Of a stretch of DNA of 64,000 nt, positions 1-14,666 are shown one piece after another. Position 1 is the first letter of the stretch, and each line of letters begins with the position of its first letter. The translations under genes were made by a program, and so were the position numbers. The stretch is from an uncultured Acidobacteriota bacterium (GTDB lineage Bacteria > Actinomycetota > Acidimicrobiia > Spongiisociales > ZC4RG35): NCBI GenBank assembly GCA_963828465.1, contig CAWHEU010000022.1, forward strand, positions 1 through 64,000, given 5' to 3'. A model generated the notes under the pieces. That model searched no databases and had not been told where the DNA came from. It saw only the letters and a list, made by a program, of their open reading frames with translations.

Positions 1-64
1 TTCGAGAGGCGTTGAGGCAAGCGCCGGGCCCTGCAAATCAGGCAACACGCCAGGCGGGTTCCTC

Positions 65-1627
65 ATGACCGACGTTCCCACAGACCCCGGCGCCGACCAA
101 GGCGCTGATGCGCACCAGGCTCTGATCGGCCTTCACGATCTCGCTGGAGCCTTTGGCTCCGTCGACATGGGCAGTCTCCCCGGGTTCAATTTCACTCCAA
201 ACGACACAGCGCTGCGTGTCGTCGCCGAAGCTCCGAAAGAGGAGATACCTGTCTCAGCGCGTCTTGGCGTCCTTCACGACCTGGCCCGCGCCGACTTTCC
301 CGACTACGAATCCCACGAAGCCGAGTACCGGCTCCTCGCCGCATCGGTGGTGGACGAGCACGGCATCGACGTCGACCAGCTCCTGGACGATCTGAAGGAG
401 TCGGCTCAGACCGGGGTCCCCTTCTCCACCACCCAGAGCGGACAGCAGCTCCCGCATCACGCCGCGGCATTCATCGGGGAGGACGTCTGCACCATCAGGA
501 AAGTGGATGTCGGTGGTCTCACCGGGACCTGGATCTTTTCCGAGTTCGAAACCGACGCCCCCTTTGACCACGTCACCGAATGGGTCGACCCACGTAACTG
601 GCCCCGATTTGGACCGATGCTGTTCAAGCAGATGGACGTCGTCGGCGGAAGCGAACCCGTCGCGATCAAGACGCTCGGAGATGAGCATTGGCATGGGGTT
701 TTCCACGAGGAGGTCCAACTCGTCTCACGGATCAACACCCTGCTTCATTGCGACTTCTGGCGGGACGGGGATCTTGCGGCGGGCATGACCTATGAGCTCA
801 ATCTCAGCCTCGACGGTGAGCTCGACGTCGATCGTGGCTTCCTCTCGGTGAACGACATAGGACCGGTGCGCAGGGTGAAGGCCCTCAAGATTGTGGGGTT
901 CACCCAGGAAATCTGGGATGAAGTAGCCCACACGGTGTGCCCCTTCTGGACGGACTTCGTCCGCGCTGCAGTTGAGGGCGGCACCACCAGCAGCCCGAAA
1001 CCGCCCACCCATCCGACACCGGGAGAGCTCGACACGTCGCCGCTGGGTGACACCCTCGACGCCTGGGTGGAGTTCTTCGGTGATTCGGCTCGCACTTATC
1101 TCGAGCTCTTCGGAGATGTGGCATCTAGGGCCACCTCCGGTGCTTATTCGGCCGCGGACTTGGTGGATGACGGGACCCGCTACTGGTCGCAACTGGCCAA
1201 GGATTGGGCCCAGGCCTGGAGCTTCGGCACCGAGCTGCTCGACGAGGTCTCCCGAGAAGGGCTCAATGCCGGCTTCATGCCACCGGGAAAGCCGCGGGAG
1301 GCGGGAAGGGGCGCAGCCAGTGCGATGACGACGGCCCCGGCGAGTTCGGAAGGCACTCTGATCCCCGTGGCCGGACTGGGCAAGGATGACCAACCGGCTT
1401 GTACGAACTTGGTGTCCATCGAAGCCGGCGGCGCCACCATTCAATCGACGGACATCACCGTGTCGGTTGAAGGGCTCGACGACGGGACCTATGGCGTGCG
1501 GCTGACGACAACCGAAGGCTCAGTCCCGCCCGGGCTCTACGTGGGTGACATCGAGAATCCCCAGGGTCAGAGGCTGGCCGCTGCACAGCTCTACGTATCC
1601 CGGGCGACCAGTCCCGAACAGCAGTGA
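65..1627 (+). CDS. Uncharacterised 520-aa protein; possible START/SRPBCC-like central domain, helical segment and C-terminal beta-rich (Ig-like) domain
   Basis: Long acidic ORF with coding-like GC3; first gene of a coupled operon (stop 1627, next ATG 1632). Fold guess from EFETDAPFDHVTEWVDPRNWP...FHEEVQL...GMTYEL is inference only. Confidence 0.75.
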   Translation: MTDVPTDPGADQGADAHQALIGLHDLAGAFGSVDMGSLPGFNFTPNDTALRVVAEAPKEEIPVSARLGVLHDLARADFPDYESHEAEYRLLAASVVDEHGIDVDQLLDDLKESAQTGVPFSTTQSGQQLPHHAAAFIGEDVCTIRKVDVGGLTGTWIFSEFETDAPFDHVTEWVDPRNWPRFGPMLFKQMDVVGGSEPVAIKTLGDEHWHGVFHEEVQLVSRINTLLHCDFWRDGDLAAGMTYELNLSLDGELDVDRGFLSVNDIGPVRRVKALKIVGFTQEIWDEVAHTVCPFWTDFVRAAVEGGTTSSPKPPTHPTPGELDTSPLGDTLDAWVEFFGDSARTYLELFGDVASRATSGAYSAADLVDDGTRYWSQLAKDWAQAWSFGTELLDEVSREGLNAGFMPPGKPREAGRGAASAMTTAPASSEGTLIPVAGLGKDDQPACTNLVSIEAGGATIQSTDITVSVEGLDDGTYGVRLTTTEGSVPPGLYVGDIENPQGQRLAAAQLYVSRATSPEQQ

Positions 1628-1631
1628 CATC

Positions 1632-4600
1632 ATGACGTCGGCAGAGACGCAACTCAGTCGCCTCTTCGAACGGCTGCTGACCGCCGCCGAGGCGTCCCTG
1701 GCTGCCGGTGACATGGAACAGGCGCGTGCCACTGCAGAGGAAGTGCGCGCCGTCGATCCCGACAACCAGCGGGCGGCACAGATCTTGCAACAGGTGGCGA
1801 CACGTCAGCTCGGCGCTTCAGGCGAGCGCGCCTTGATGACGCTCCTCTTCTCCGATCTGGTCGGCTCGACCATGCTCTCCGAGCGCGTCGAGCCGGAGCA
1901 GCTACGCGACCTTTACTCCTTCTACCGTGCTGCAGCCAAGGAGGCGGTGGAGCGGTACAACGGCACCGTCATGCAGTACACGGGTGATGGCATCCTCGCC
2001 GGGTTCGGATATCCCGATCCCCACGAAGACGATGCCCGGCGGTCGGTGCTGGCCGGGCTGGACCTGGTCACCGCGATGCGGGAGGGACGAGCCGATCTGG
2101 ATCGCCGCTTCGGGGCCGCCCCGGAGGTGCGTATTGGAATCCACACCGGGCGGGTAGTGGTCACCGACCTGAGAGCCGATCCGGGGGTACGGGAGCGGGA
2201 CTCGATCGTGGGAGCTGCCCCCAACCTGGCCGCTCGAATCCAACAGGCGGCCGAACCCGGCATGGTGGTGATCAGCGACGTCACCCAGCAGTTGGTGGAT
2301 ACCGACTTCTACGTGCACTCGCTCGGCGTCCAGGAGCTGAAGGGGATAAGCCGCCCCGTTGAGGTCTTCGCCGTGGAGCGCCCCCGCTTCGCTGGGGCTC
2401 GCTTCGAGGCGGAGCGATATCGGAAGGCGGATCTGGTCGGACGCGACCAGCCCAGGGACCGACTCTTCACCGCCTGGGAAGAGATGCGTGAGCGTGGGGA
2501 AGGGGATCGGCCCGCTGGAGCAACCTTCCTCGTGACCGGCGAGGCAGGGATCGGCAAGACAAGGCTGGTGGCGGACCTCCTCGAACGGGTCGAATCCACC
2601 GGAGGCCAGGTGTTGAGCGCAGGTTGCCTTCCCTACTACGCAAACCTCTCGTTGTGGCCGATCGGGCGCATGTTGGAGCGGGTGATCGGAGTGGCGGGAG
2701 ATGACGAGGACCGACACGGCCGCCTGGTGGCCCACCTCGACTCCCTGCAGCTGGAACTCTCGCGGTCGGTGCCCTTCCTCGCCCCTTTGATCGGGGCCAC
2801 CGAGGTCTCTCCCTATCCGGCGCCCGAGCTCGACCCGAGCGCCTTTCTCGATGAGACACTCAACCGGCTCGTCGACTGGCTCGCGGCACTGGCAGCCAGC
2901 ACACCACACCTGTTCCTCGTCGAAGACCTCCATTGGGCCGACCCATCCACTCTGGCGCTGCTGGGTCGCCTGGTGGAGCGCGGGCCTGGCGCCATCCTGA
3001 CCGTGGCGACGACGAGGGACGACTCCTCGATCGCATGGCGCGAGGCGGTTGAGATGCTCCCCCTGGGCCGACTGGATGCGGCCGCCTCTTCGGCTCTCGT
3101 GGACAACCTGGCGGCCGGGGCCGACCTGCCCGGCGACATGCGAGCCTCCATCATCGAGCGAGCCGAGGGCAACCCGCTCTTCATCGAGGAGCTCACCCAA
3201 TCCTCCCTCGATTCCGACCGCATCGAACCGATTCCGCTCCGTCTTCAGGAGCTGTTCACCTGGCGGCTCAAGGCGCCGGGTCTCGACCTGCGCGTGGCCC
3301 AGGTGGCCGCCACCGTGGGTCCCGCCTTCGATGCCGGCACCGTCTCGGCAGTGCTCGGCGACGAGGCGCTGGTAACCGGCCAGCTGGTCGCTATGACCGA
3401 CGAGGGCATCATCGAGCCGAGCGATCTGGCCGCCAACACGTACCGGTTCCGCCATGCCCTGCTCAGGGATGCTGCTTACGAAACCCAGGTCTTGGACGTT
3501 CGGAGCCGGAACCACGCCGAGGTTGCCGAAGCCATCGCCGACCGCGGCGCCGAGCCCGCACTCGTGGCCGAGCATCTCGATCGGGCGGGACAGGCCGATC
3601 GCGCCGTCGGCCTCTACCTGATGGCGGCCCAGGCCGAGCAAGCCCGAGGGGCTCACCTCGAGGCCACCAGGTTGCTCTCCCGTGCCCTGGCCCTGCTCGA
3701 GACCTTCCCCGAGTCAGAGGACCGTGACTTGAGCGAGTTGACCGCCAGGATGCTCCGCGGTCTCAGCGTCAGCTCCATGCAGGGCTACGCCGCTCCGGAT
3801 GTGCAATCCGATCACCGCCGGGCCGAAGCGCTCGCCACCCGTCTCGGCACTAGACCTGAGGTGTTGCCCTCAATGATCGCCATCTGGGCCTATTGGCTGA
3901 CCAGCGGCGACCTGTCCACCGCCCGGGGCCTCATCGATCGGCTGAGCGACATGGTCCGTCAGCCGGCATTCTCCTGGTTCGAGCCGGAAGTGGAGTCCTG
4001 CGCCGGATGGCTCGACTTCTACCAAGGCGACCTGGATTCGGCCCGGGCACACCTGGAACGCGGCACTGCAGGATTCCTTGCTCGCCCCGCAGATCAGATG
4101 GTGTCCCCGTTCTGGCCGCTGCCCAACGATCCGATTGCAGTCTCCGAGATCGCCCTCGCCTGTGTCAGCACGCTGCAGGGCGAGCCCGATGAAGCTCAAC
4201 GCTGGGAGCGTGAGGCTGTGGCCCGGGCCGAAGCGATCGGTTTCCCACACGGTCCGTTCAGCCTGGGTTTCGTCAAGACCTACGCCGCCTGGATCCGACG
4301 TTTCCTCGGCCAACACGACGCCTCCCGGCTCTTGGGGCTAGAGGTGGTGGGGATCGGCCAGGCGTACGGATATGCCTATTGGATGATGCTCGGCTCCTTG
4401 TACGTGACCACCGCCGATCCGGGTGGCGAGCCAGATGATGAGTTTCTAGAGCAAACCATCTCCACGCTCCGGCTGATGGGCCAGGAGGCCTTCGCAGCCT
4501 CCAGCCTGGCCCATCTCGCTCATCTCAATGCAGAGGACGATGAGCTCGGCCGTGCCCATGAGCTCATCGATGAGGCGCTCGAGGTGGTTTACAAAACTGG

Positions 4601-4886
4601 GGAGAATGTCCATCTCCCGGAACTTCTCCGCTTGCGAGCCGTGTACTCGTTGGCCCAGGGAGGCGATGAGATGGAGGCGGTGGCCGACCTGACCGAGGCG
4701 ATGCGGGTTGCATCGGAGCAGGGGGCACGGGTGGCCCGGCTCCGTGCCGGCATCGAACTGGCCCGGCTCCCTGAGGCTGTGCGACCCCACGACTGGCGCA
4801 TCCTGCTCACGCAGGCGAGAGGCGACATCACATCATCGCTTCCAACAGGCGAAACGGCCGACGCCGACGATTTGCTCGCCGTTTGA
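1632..4886 (+). CDS. Class III adenylate/guanylate cyclase + AAA_16/STAND ATPase + TPR-like protein, with an N-terminal TPR
   Basis: Cyclase motifs LLFSDLVGST, YTGDG, PNLAARIQ, LKG; Walker A GEAGIGKT, Walker B LFLVEDLHW; YRFRHALLRDAAY. Start placed at ATG 1632. Confidence 0.92.
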   Translation: MTSAETQLSRLFERLLTAAEASLAAGDMEQARATAEEVRAVDPDNQRAAQILQQVATRQLGASGERALMTLLFSDLVGSTMLSERVEPEQLRDLYSFYRAAAKEAVERYNGTVMQYTGDGILAGFGYPDPHEDDARRSVLAGLDLVTAMREGRADLDRRFGAAPEVRIGIHTGRVVVTDLRADPGVRERDSIVGAAPNLAARIQQAAEPGMVVISDVTQQLVDTDFYVHSLGVQELKGISRPVEVFAVERPRFAGARFEAERYRKADLVGRDQPRDRLFTAWEEMRERGEGDRPAGATFLVTGEAGIGKTRLVADLLERVESTGGQVLSAGCLPYYANLSLWPIGRMLERVIGVAGDDEDRHGRLVAHLDSLQLELSRSVPFLAPLIGATEVSPYPAPELDPSAFLDETLNRLVDWLAALAASTPHLFLVEDLHWADPSTLALLGRLVERGPGAILTVATTRDDSSIAWREAVEMLPLGRLDAAASSALVDNLAAGADLPGDMRASIIERAEGNPLFIEELTQSSLDSDRIEPIPLRLQELFTWRLKAPGLDLRVAQVAATVGPAFDAGTVSAVLGDEALVTGQLVAMTDEGIIEPSDLAANTYRFRHALLRDAAYETQVLDVRSRNHAEVAEAIADRGAEPALVAEHLDRAGQADRAVGLYLMAAQAEQARGAHLEATRLLSRALALLETFPESEDRDLSELTARMLRGLSVSSMQGYAAPDVQSDHRRAEALATRLGTRPEVLPSMIAIWAYWLTSGDLSTARGLIDRLSDMVRQPAFSWFEPEVESCAGWLDFYQGDLDSARAHLERGTAGFLARPADQMVSPFWPLPNDPIAVSEIALACVSTLQGEPDEAQRWEREAVARAEAIGFPHGPFSLGFVKTYAAWIRRFLGQHDASRLLGLEVVGIGQAYGYAYWMMLGSLYVTTADPGGEPDDEFLEQTISTLRLMGQEAFAASSLAHLAHLNAEDDELGRAHELIDEALEVVYKTGENVHLPELLRLRAVYSLAQGGDEMEAVADLTEAMRVASEQGARVARLRAGIELARLPEAVRPHDWRILLTQARGDITSSLPTGETADADDLLAV

Positions 4887-4887
4887 C

Positions 4888-6954
4888 GTGTCCCTGCCGC
4901 GCGTTGTCATCCTGGGGGGCGGCATGGCGGGGCTGGCCACTGCCTGGGAGCTGAGCTCGGGTGAATGGAGGGAGCGTCTCGGATCGATCACCGTCTACCA
5001 GCGTGGCTGGCGGCTCGGGGGCAAGGGAGCGAGCAGCCGTGGCCGCCACGGACGCATCGAAGAGCACGGGCTCCACGTCCTGCTCGGTTACTACGACGCC
5101 ACCTTCAGGTTGCTTCGGGAGGTGTACGACGAGCTGGACCGGACGGTCTCCGACCCGAATTGCCCCATCCGCAGTTGGCAGGAAGCGGTGGCCCCCACGG
5201 GTGACGTCGGGCTCGCCGAACACGACGGGTCCGCCTGGTCCCATTTCGTCACCACGTTCTCCCAAAACGGCTCCCTCCCCGGGGAGCTCGGGGCCGAGGA
5301 CCGGCCTCTGCCTCCCCTGGAAGTTGCAGTACGCGCGATGCGGCTTCTCGTCGATTTCCATCGGTCGTTGGGCTCGTCGTCGGATTCCACCCGACTCCAC
5401 CTGAGTGGCTCCCCGGTGCCCAGGTCGAGGCGGCCCGATCTGGAGACTCTGATCCGAGCTGGTGGGCTCACCGCCCTTGCCGCATTGTTGGAGGCCACTG
5501 AGCGCGCCGCCCGGATCGCCGCAGATGCCGCCCTCCCTTCCTCCACGGTGCAGACACTCGCTGGCGTCCTCGGTGGGTGGCGCGACGGGATACGGGCGGC
5601 GGTCATGGCCGATCCGGCGGCGCGTCGCACCTGGCAGCTCGTTGACCTCGTGGTGACCAACGTTGTGGGGATGTCGGCCGACGGGCTGTTGTCGGGCTCC
5701 GGCTACGAACGAATCGACCATCTCGACTACCGGGAATGGCTGGCCATGCACGGCGCCGCAAGAGAGACACTCGACTCGCCCATCGTGCGCGGCATGTACG
5801 ACCTCACCTTCGCCTACGAGGGGGGCGACCGGGCCAGACCCCGTTTCGCGGCGGGGCTTGGACTCCAGTTGGCGAGCCGGATGCTGTTCGACTTCAAAGG
5901 CTCCATCTTCTGGCGGATGCAGGCCGGGATGGGCGAGGTGGTTTTCGCCCCTCTCTATCAGGCCCTGATCGGTCGTGGTGTCGAGTTCCGCTTCTTTCAC
6001 CGCCTCGACCGGCTTGGCCTGACCGATGGCGGCGCAATTGGGTTGATCGAGCTCACCCGGCAGGCCGAACTGGCGGCGGGTCGGAGCAGCTACGACCCCC
6101 TGGTCCGGGTGGGTGGTCTTCCCTGCTGGCCGGCTCGCCCAGTCGTCGAGCAACTCGACGCCGATCCCGGGGATCATCTCGAATCGCATTGGGGACCGGA
6201 GCCCGGAACTGGGAACGAGCGGCTTCTCGCCGGCGAGCACTTCGACGTCGTGGTTCTCGCTGTGTCGTTGGGGATGGTGCCCTACGTTGCATCGGAACTG
6301 GTGGGCGCCGACCGGGCCTGGCGGGACATGGTGGACCGGGTAGCGACGGTTGCCACAAGGTCCGCGCAGCTGTGGCTCACCGCCACCGAGTCCGACATGG
6401 GGTGGGACGGCCCGCCTGGTGTCACTCTCAGCGGGTTCGGCGACTCCTTCGACACCTGGGCCTCGATGTCGCACCTCCTCCCGATGGAAGCCTGGCCAAC
6501 CGCCAGGCCGCCGCAGAGCATCGCCTACCTCTGTGGCGCCACAACCGATATCGACCCGGCAGACGGTGAGGAGGCGGTGCGCGGCGCCCTCGCCCGTTTC
6601 CTCGACGAGGAGGTCGGTGCACTTTGGCCCGCAGCTCAGGAGGCCGATGGGTTTCGCTGGGATTTGCTGTGGGACGAGCAGGGGCGGAGGGGAAGCGACC
6701 GGCTGAGCGGGCAGTACTTCAGGGCCAACCTCGACCCCTCGGACCGCTATGTGCAGTCACTGCCTGGCTCGGGCCGGTATCGCATCGCCCCAGGCGAGAC
6801 TGGGTTCGACAACCTCGTCGTGGCCGGCGATTGGACCGCATGCGGTCTCGACGCCGGTTCCGTGGAGGCGGCCACGCGCTCTGGCATCCTGGCTGCGCGC
6901 TCCATCCTCGATGGCTCCATCGGCGATATGCATGGGATGGAGGGAGTGGCATGA
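4888..6954 (+). CDS. FAD/NAD(P)-binding oxidoreductase, carotene-desaturase/amine-oxidase-like (COG3349-type)
   Basis: VILGGGMAGL Rossmann motif, RLGGKGAS..EEHGLH, C-terminal NLVVAGDW...SVEAATRSG. GTG start 1 nt after the upstream TGA. Confidence 0.88.
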   Translation: MSLPRVVILGGGMAGLATAWELSSGEWRERLGSITVYQRGWRLGGKGASSRGRHGRIEEHGLHVLLGYYDATFRLLREVYDELDRTVSDPNCPIRSWQEAVAPTGDVGLAEHDGSAWSHFVTTFSQNGSLPGELGAEDRPLPPLEVAVRAMRLLVDFHRSLGSSSDSTRLHLSGSPVPRSRRPDLETLIRAGGLTALAALLEATERAARIAADAALPSSTVQTLAGVLGGWRDGIRAAVMADPAARRTWQLVDLVVTNVVGMSADGLLSGSGYERIDHLDYREWLAMHGAARETLDSPIVRGMYDLTFAYEGGDRARPRFAAGLGLQLASRMLFDFKGSIFWRMQAGMGEVVFAPLYQALIGRGVEFRFFHRLDRLGLTDGGAIGLIELTRQAELAAGRSSYDPLVRVGGLPCWPARPVVEQLDADPGDHLESHWGPEPGTGNERLLAGEHFDVVVLAVSLGMVPYVASELVGADRAWRDMVDRVATVATRSAQLWLTATESDMGWDGPPGVTLSGFGDSFDTWASMSHLLPMEAWPTARPPQSIAYLCGATTDIDPADGEEAVRGALARFLDEEVGALWPAAQEADGFRWDLLWDEQGRRGSDRLSGQYFRANLDPSDRYVQSLPGSGRYRIAPGETGFDNLVVAGDWTACGLDAGSVEAATRSGILAARSILDGSIGDMHGMEGVA

Positions 6955-7580
6955 CCACCGATCGGTCCGCCAAGGAAGCCCTTCGGGCCAGGCATCTGGT
7001 CGGAGACGTGCAGCGTTTCGGATTGTTCTCGGCCGCCTCGGTGGTCGATCGCTACAACGCCATGGTGGATCGGGCCATGGTCGACGACGGAATCGCATCG
7101 GTGCCTCCGTCGGGGGACGGGCTCGACCCCGGGTCGCTCGTCGACCGAGCAGCACGGCTGGCAGAGGCCTATCTACGGCTTCTCGAGACCACGGCGGTGA
7201 TCGCATCTCAAGTCGGACGGGGCCAGGCCAGGCCAGAGATGGAAACGATCATCTTGCCCCCGGCGCGGCCGGCGAGCAGCTCCGAGACTTCGCTGTGGTT
7301 GCACAATCCCACCTCGGCGGCGTCGACCGGCATCGAGATCTCGGTGACCGGGCTCATCTCCCCGAAAGGTGCGACCATCCCTGCCTCGGCGGTGCGGACT
7401 ACTCCTCGGAGCGTCGACCACCTCGACCCCTCGACCAGCCGGGAGGTCCGGCTGAGCGTCGATATCCCCCAAGACCAGCCGGCGGGCATGTACTTCGGAT
7501 TGGCCCTGATCTCGGATAGTCCCGGTGACGCCATCTCACTCTTGCTGAAGGTGGAACCTTCGGAGGAGGCCAGATCATGA
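6951..7580 (+). CDS. Uncharacterised 209-aa protein, helical N-terminus + Ig-like C-terminal domain
   Basis: ATGA overlaps with both neighbours; GGAGGGAG RBS; beta-rich C-terminus (LWLHN...VRLSVDIPQDQPAGMYFG). Confidence 0.75.
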   Translation: MTTDRSAKEALRARHLVGDVQRFGLFSAASVVDRYNAMVDRAMVDDGIASVPPSGDGLDPGSLVDRAARLAEAYLRLLETTAVIASQVGRGQARPEMETIILPPARPASSSETSLWLHNPTSAASTGIEISVTGLISPKGATIPASAVRTTPRSVDHLDPSTSREVRLSVDIPQDQPAGMYFGLALISDSPGDAISLLLKVEPSEEARS

Positions 7581-8611
7581 CCACGGTCGGCACCGATTTC
7601 CTCGACGAACTCGAGACGTACACCGAGATGGCTCGTCGCGCCGCCCTCTCGTATCTCCCGGAACGGAGAGAGACGGATTACCTAGTCGACCCCGCTTTGG
7701 AGTATCTGGGGCGACCCGGGAAGGGACTTCGGCCGGCGTTGTGCCTGGCCACCTGCGAGGCCTTCGGAGGTGGGGTCGACGAAGCGATGCCGACGGCGGC
7801 CGCCCTCGAGCTCCTCCACACCGCCTTTCTGGTCCATGACGACGTCGAGGACGACAGTGAACTGCGCCGGGGCGAGCCCACCCTGCATCGCACCTACGGC
7901 CGTGCCCTCGCCATCAACGCCGGTGACGGACTCGCTGTTTTCGCACTCGGCGCTCTGAGGGAGAACGACCGAAAGCTGGGACGTCGTCTCGCCGCCCGGA
8001 TCTGGTCCGAGTTCGACTTCATGGCACGTCAGACCGTAGAAGGACAAGCCATCGAGCTGGGATGGCAGCGTGATGCACACCACGACCTGACCCCCGACGA
8101 CTATCTCGACCTGATCATGAAGAAGACCTGCTGGTACACCACGGTGTTGCCGCTGAGGGTGGGGGCGCTGATCGGTAGCAAGAGGGCGGTGGAGCTCAGA
8201 CCGATGCTGCGATTCGGGTTCTTCCTGGGCGCGGCCTTCCAGATCCGCGACGACATCCTCAACCTGACCGGGTCTCCCGAGCTGTATGGCAAGGAGCCCC
8301 TGGGAGATATCCGCGAGGGCAAGCGGACGTTGATTCTCCTTCATCTACTCGCCGCCACCACCCCTGCGGACCAGGAGCAGGTCGAGCGTTACCTTGCCAT
8401 GGACCGGGTTGACCGATCCGACGCTGTGATCGCGGAGATCTTCACGATGATGCAGGACTACGGGAGTGTGGCGTTTGCCGAGGAGTTCGCCCGAGGTATC
8501 GCCCGATCAGCCGCGGTCGCATTCGACGAGGCCTTCGCCGATGTACCGGATTCGCCTGCCCGACGTTTCGTGCGCGATCTCGTCCCTTATATGGTGGAGC
8601 GGGATCGATGA
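7577..8611 (+). CDS. Polyprenyl diphosphate synthase (IdsA/GGPP synthase-like)
   Basis: GKGLRP, FARM HDDVEDDSELRRG, GQ, KKT, SARM FQIRDD, DIREGKRT; GGAGG RBS. Confidence 0.95.
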   Translation: MTTVGTDFLDELETYTEMARRAALSYLPERRETDYLVDPALEYLGRPGKGLRPALCLATCEAFGGGVDEAMPTAAALELLHTAFLVHDDVEDDSELRRGEPTLHRTYGRALAINAGDGLAVFALGALRENDRKLGRRLAARIWSEFDFMARQTVEGQAIELGWQRDAHHDLTPDDYLDLIMKKTCWYTTVLPLRVGALIGSKRAVELRPMLRFGFFLGAAFQIRDDILNLTGSPELYGKEPLGDIREGKRTLILLHLLAATTPADQEQVERYLAMDRVDRSDAVIAEIFTMMQDYGSVAFAEEFARGIARSAAVAFDEAFADVPDSPARRFVRDLVPYMVERDR

Positions 8612-8621
8612 GCCGGTACGG

Positions 8622-13348
<4,727 letters not shown>

Positions 13349-13381
13349 CTGACGCGCCCGCGGACGAACCGAGGGACCGGG

Positions 13382-13579
13382 TCAGCCCTCCTCGGGCATG
13401 ATCACCCAGAGGACGATGTAGATGAGGACCTGGGGGCCGGGGAGAATCAGCGAGAGCACGAACAGGAGCCTCATCACCCCGTGGCTCATTCCGAAACGGT
13501 CGGCCAGGCCCGCAGCAACCCCGGCAATCATCCGATCTTCCTTGGGCCTCACCAGTCGAGGCGTCTGACGATCAGTCAT
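13382..13579 (-). CDS. PspC domain small membrane protein
   Basis: RLVRPKEDRMIAGVAAGLA...YIVLWVIMP signature. Confidence 0.9.
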   Translation of the reverse strand: MTDRQTPRLVRPKEDRMIAGVAAGLADRFGMSHGVMRLLFVLSLILPGPQVLIYIVLWVIMPEEG

Positions 13580-13637
13580 CTTTCCACCCTATCGGAGTCC
13601 GATCCCCGGACCTCCCGGTCGCTAGCTTCCTGGCTCC

Positions 13638-14666
13638 ATGGCTCCGGATCGCAACGGACCTCGAACAATCGACATCCACACCCATGTGATACCGCGCCAA
13701 CTCGCCGAATCGGCCGAGCGAGGGGAGGCTCGTCACGGCATCATCTTTGGACGCGATACGAACGGACGAATCACGGGCTCGGTAGGGCCGACGACCTTCT
13801 CCATAGCATGGCCGAACATCCTGGAGACAGCCGAGGAGCGGATTCGGGCGATGGACGAGATGCGGGTCGATATGCAGGTCCTCTCGCTGAGCCCATTGAT
13901 GCATTGGTACGAGCTCGACGCCAGTGCAGGTGTGCCTATGGCGAAGGAAGCGAATGACGACCTCGCCGAGATGGTTGCCACCAGCCCCGACCGGTTTGCC
14001 GCTCTCGCTTACCTCCCGCTGCAGGACCCAGCTGCAGCCGTCGCCGAGCTGGAGCGGTGCATCAGGGACCACGGGTTCCTCGGTGTGATGGTGGGGAGCC
14101 ACGTCAACGGTCTCGACTGGGATGCCGAGGGGCTGTTCCCCGTCCTGGCCGCGGCCCGAGACCTGGGTGCGCTGGTGTTCGTCCATCCCGCCCATGGCCG
14201 GGCCAATTCATTTCTCACCCGTTATCACCTGCGCAATTTGATCGGCAACCCCTTCGAAACCACCGTCGCCATCGCCAGCCTGATCTTCGGTGGCGTGCTC
14301 GACCGGCTCCCCGATCTCGACATCTGCTTTGCACACGGGGGTGGGTACGCCTGCCTAGGCGCTGCTCGACTCGACCAGGGCCGGCAAGTCCGGGACGAGG
14401 CAGACTCATCCAGTCTTCCGTCTGACTATCTCCGGCGCCTCTACTTCGACTCTCTGGTGTTCAGCAATCGCGGACTGAGCAATCTGATCGAGGTCGTCGG
14501 CGCCGACCGGGTCGTCCTGGGCAGCGACTATCCGGCCGACATGGGAGAGCCGCGGCCCGTCGAGTTCATCGAGTCACATCCTGAGCTGACCGACGACGAG
14601 CGTCGGCTCATCCTCGGTGTGAATATGGAGAGACTGCTGATTCGACCGGTCAGCTCGACGCCCTGA
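13638..14666 (+). CDS. Amidohydrolase_2 family, ACMSD-like decarboxylase/hydrolase (paralog 1)
   Basis: IDIHTH, FVHP, IGNPFET, AHGGG, VLGSDYP. Confidence 0.9.
   Translation: MAPDRNGPRTIDIHTHVIPRQLAESAERGEARHGIIFGRDTNGRITGSVGPTTFSIAWPNILETAEERIRAMDEMRVDMQVLSLSPLMHWYELDASAGVPMAKEANDDLAEMVATSPDRFAALAYLPLQDPAAAVAELERCIRDHGFLGVMVGSHVNGLDWDAEGLFPVLAAARDLGALVFVHPAHGRANSFLTRYHLRNLIGNPFETTVAIASLIFGGVLDRLPDLDICFAHGGGYACLGAARLDQGRQVRDEADSSSLPSDYLRRLYFDSLVFSNRGLSNLIEVVGADRVVLGSDYPADMGEPRPVEFIESHPELTDDERRLILGVNMERLLIRPVSSTP

Noticed and set aside
1902-6474. Long antisense ORFs (1902-3656, 4828-6474; likewise 32123-33829, 35589-36767, 58850-60100, 62289-63587)
   Set aside because: They are shadows of high-GC3 real genes, with no recognisable motifs or RBS.
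4888-8611. Standard carotenoid, hopanoid or family 2B encapsulin cluster
   Set aside because: No phytoene/squalene synthase, squalene-hopene cyclase or encapsulin shell motifs are recognisable in the window.
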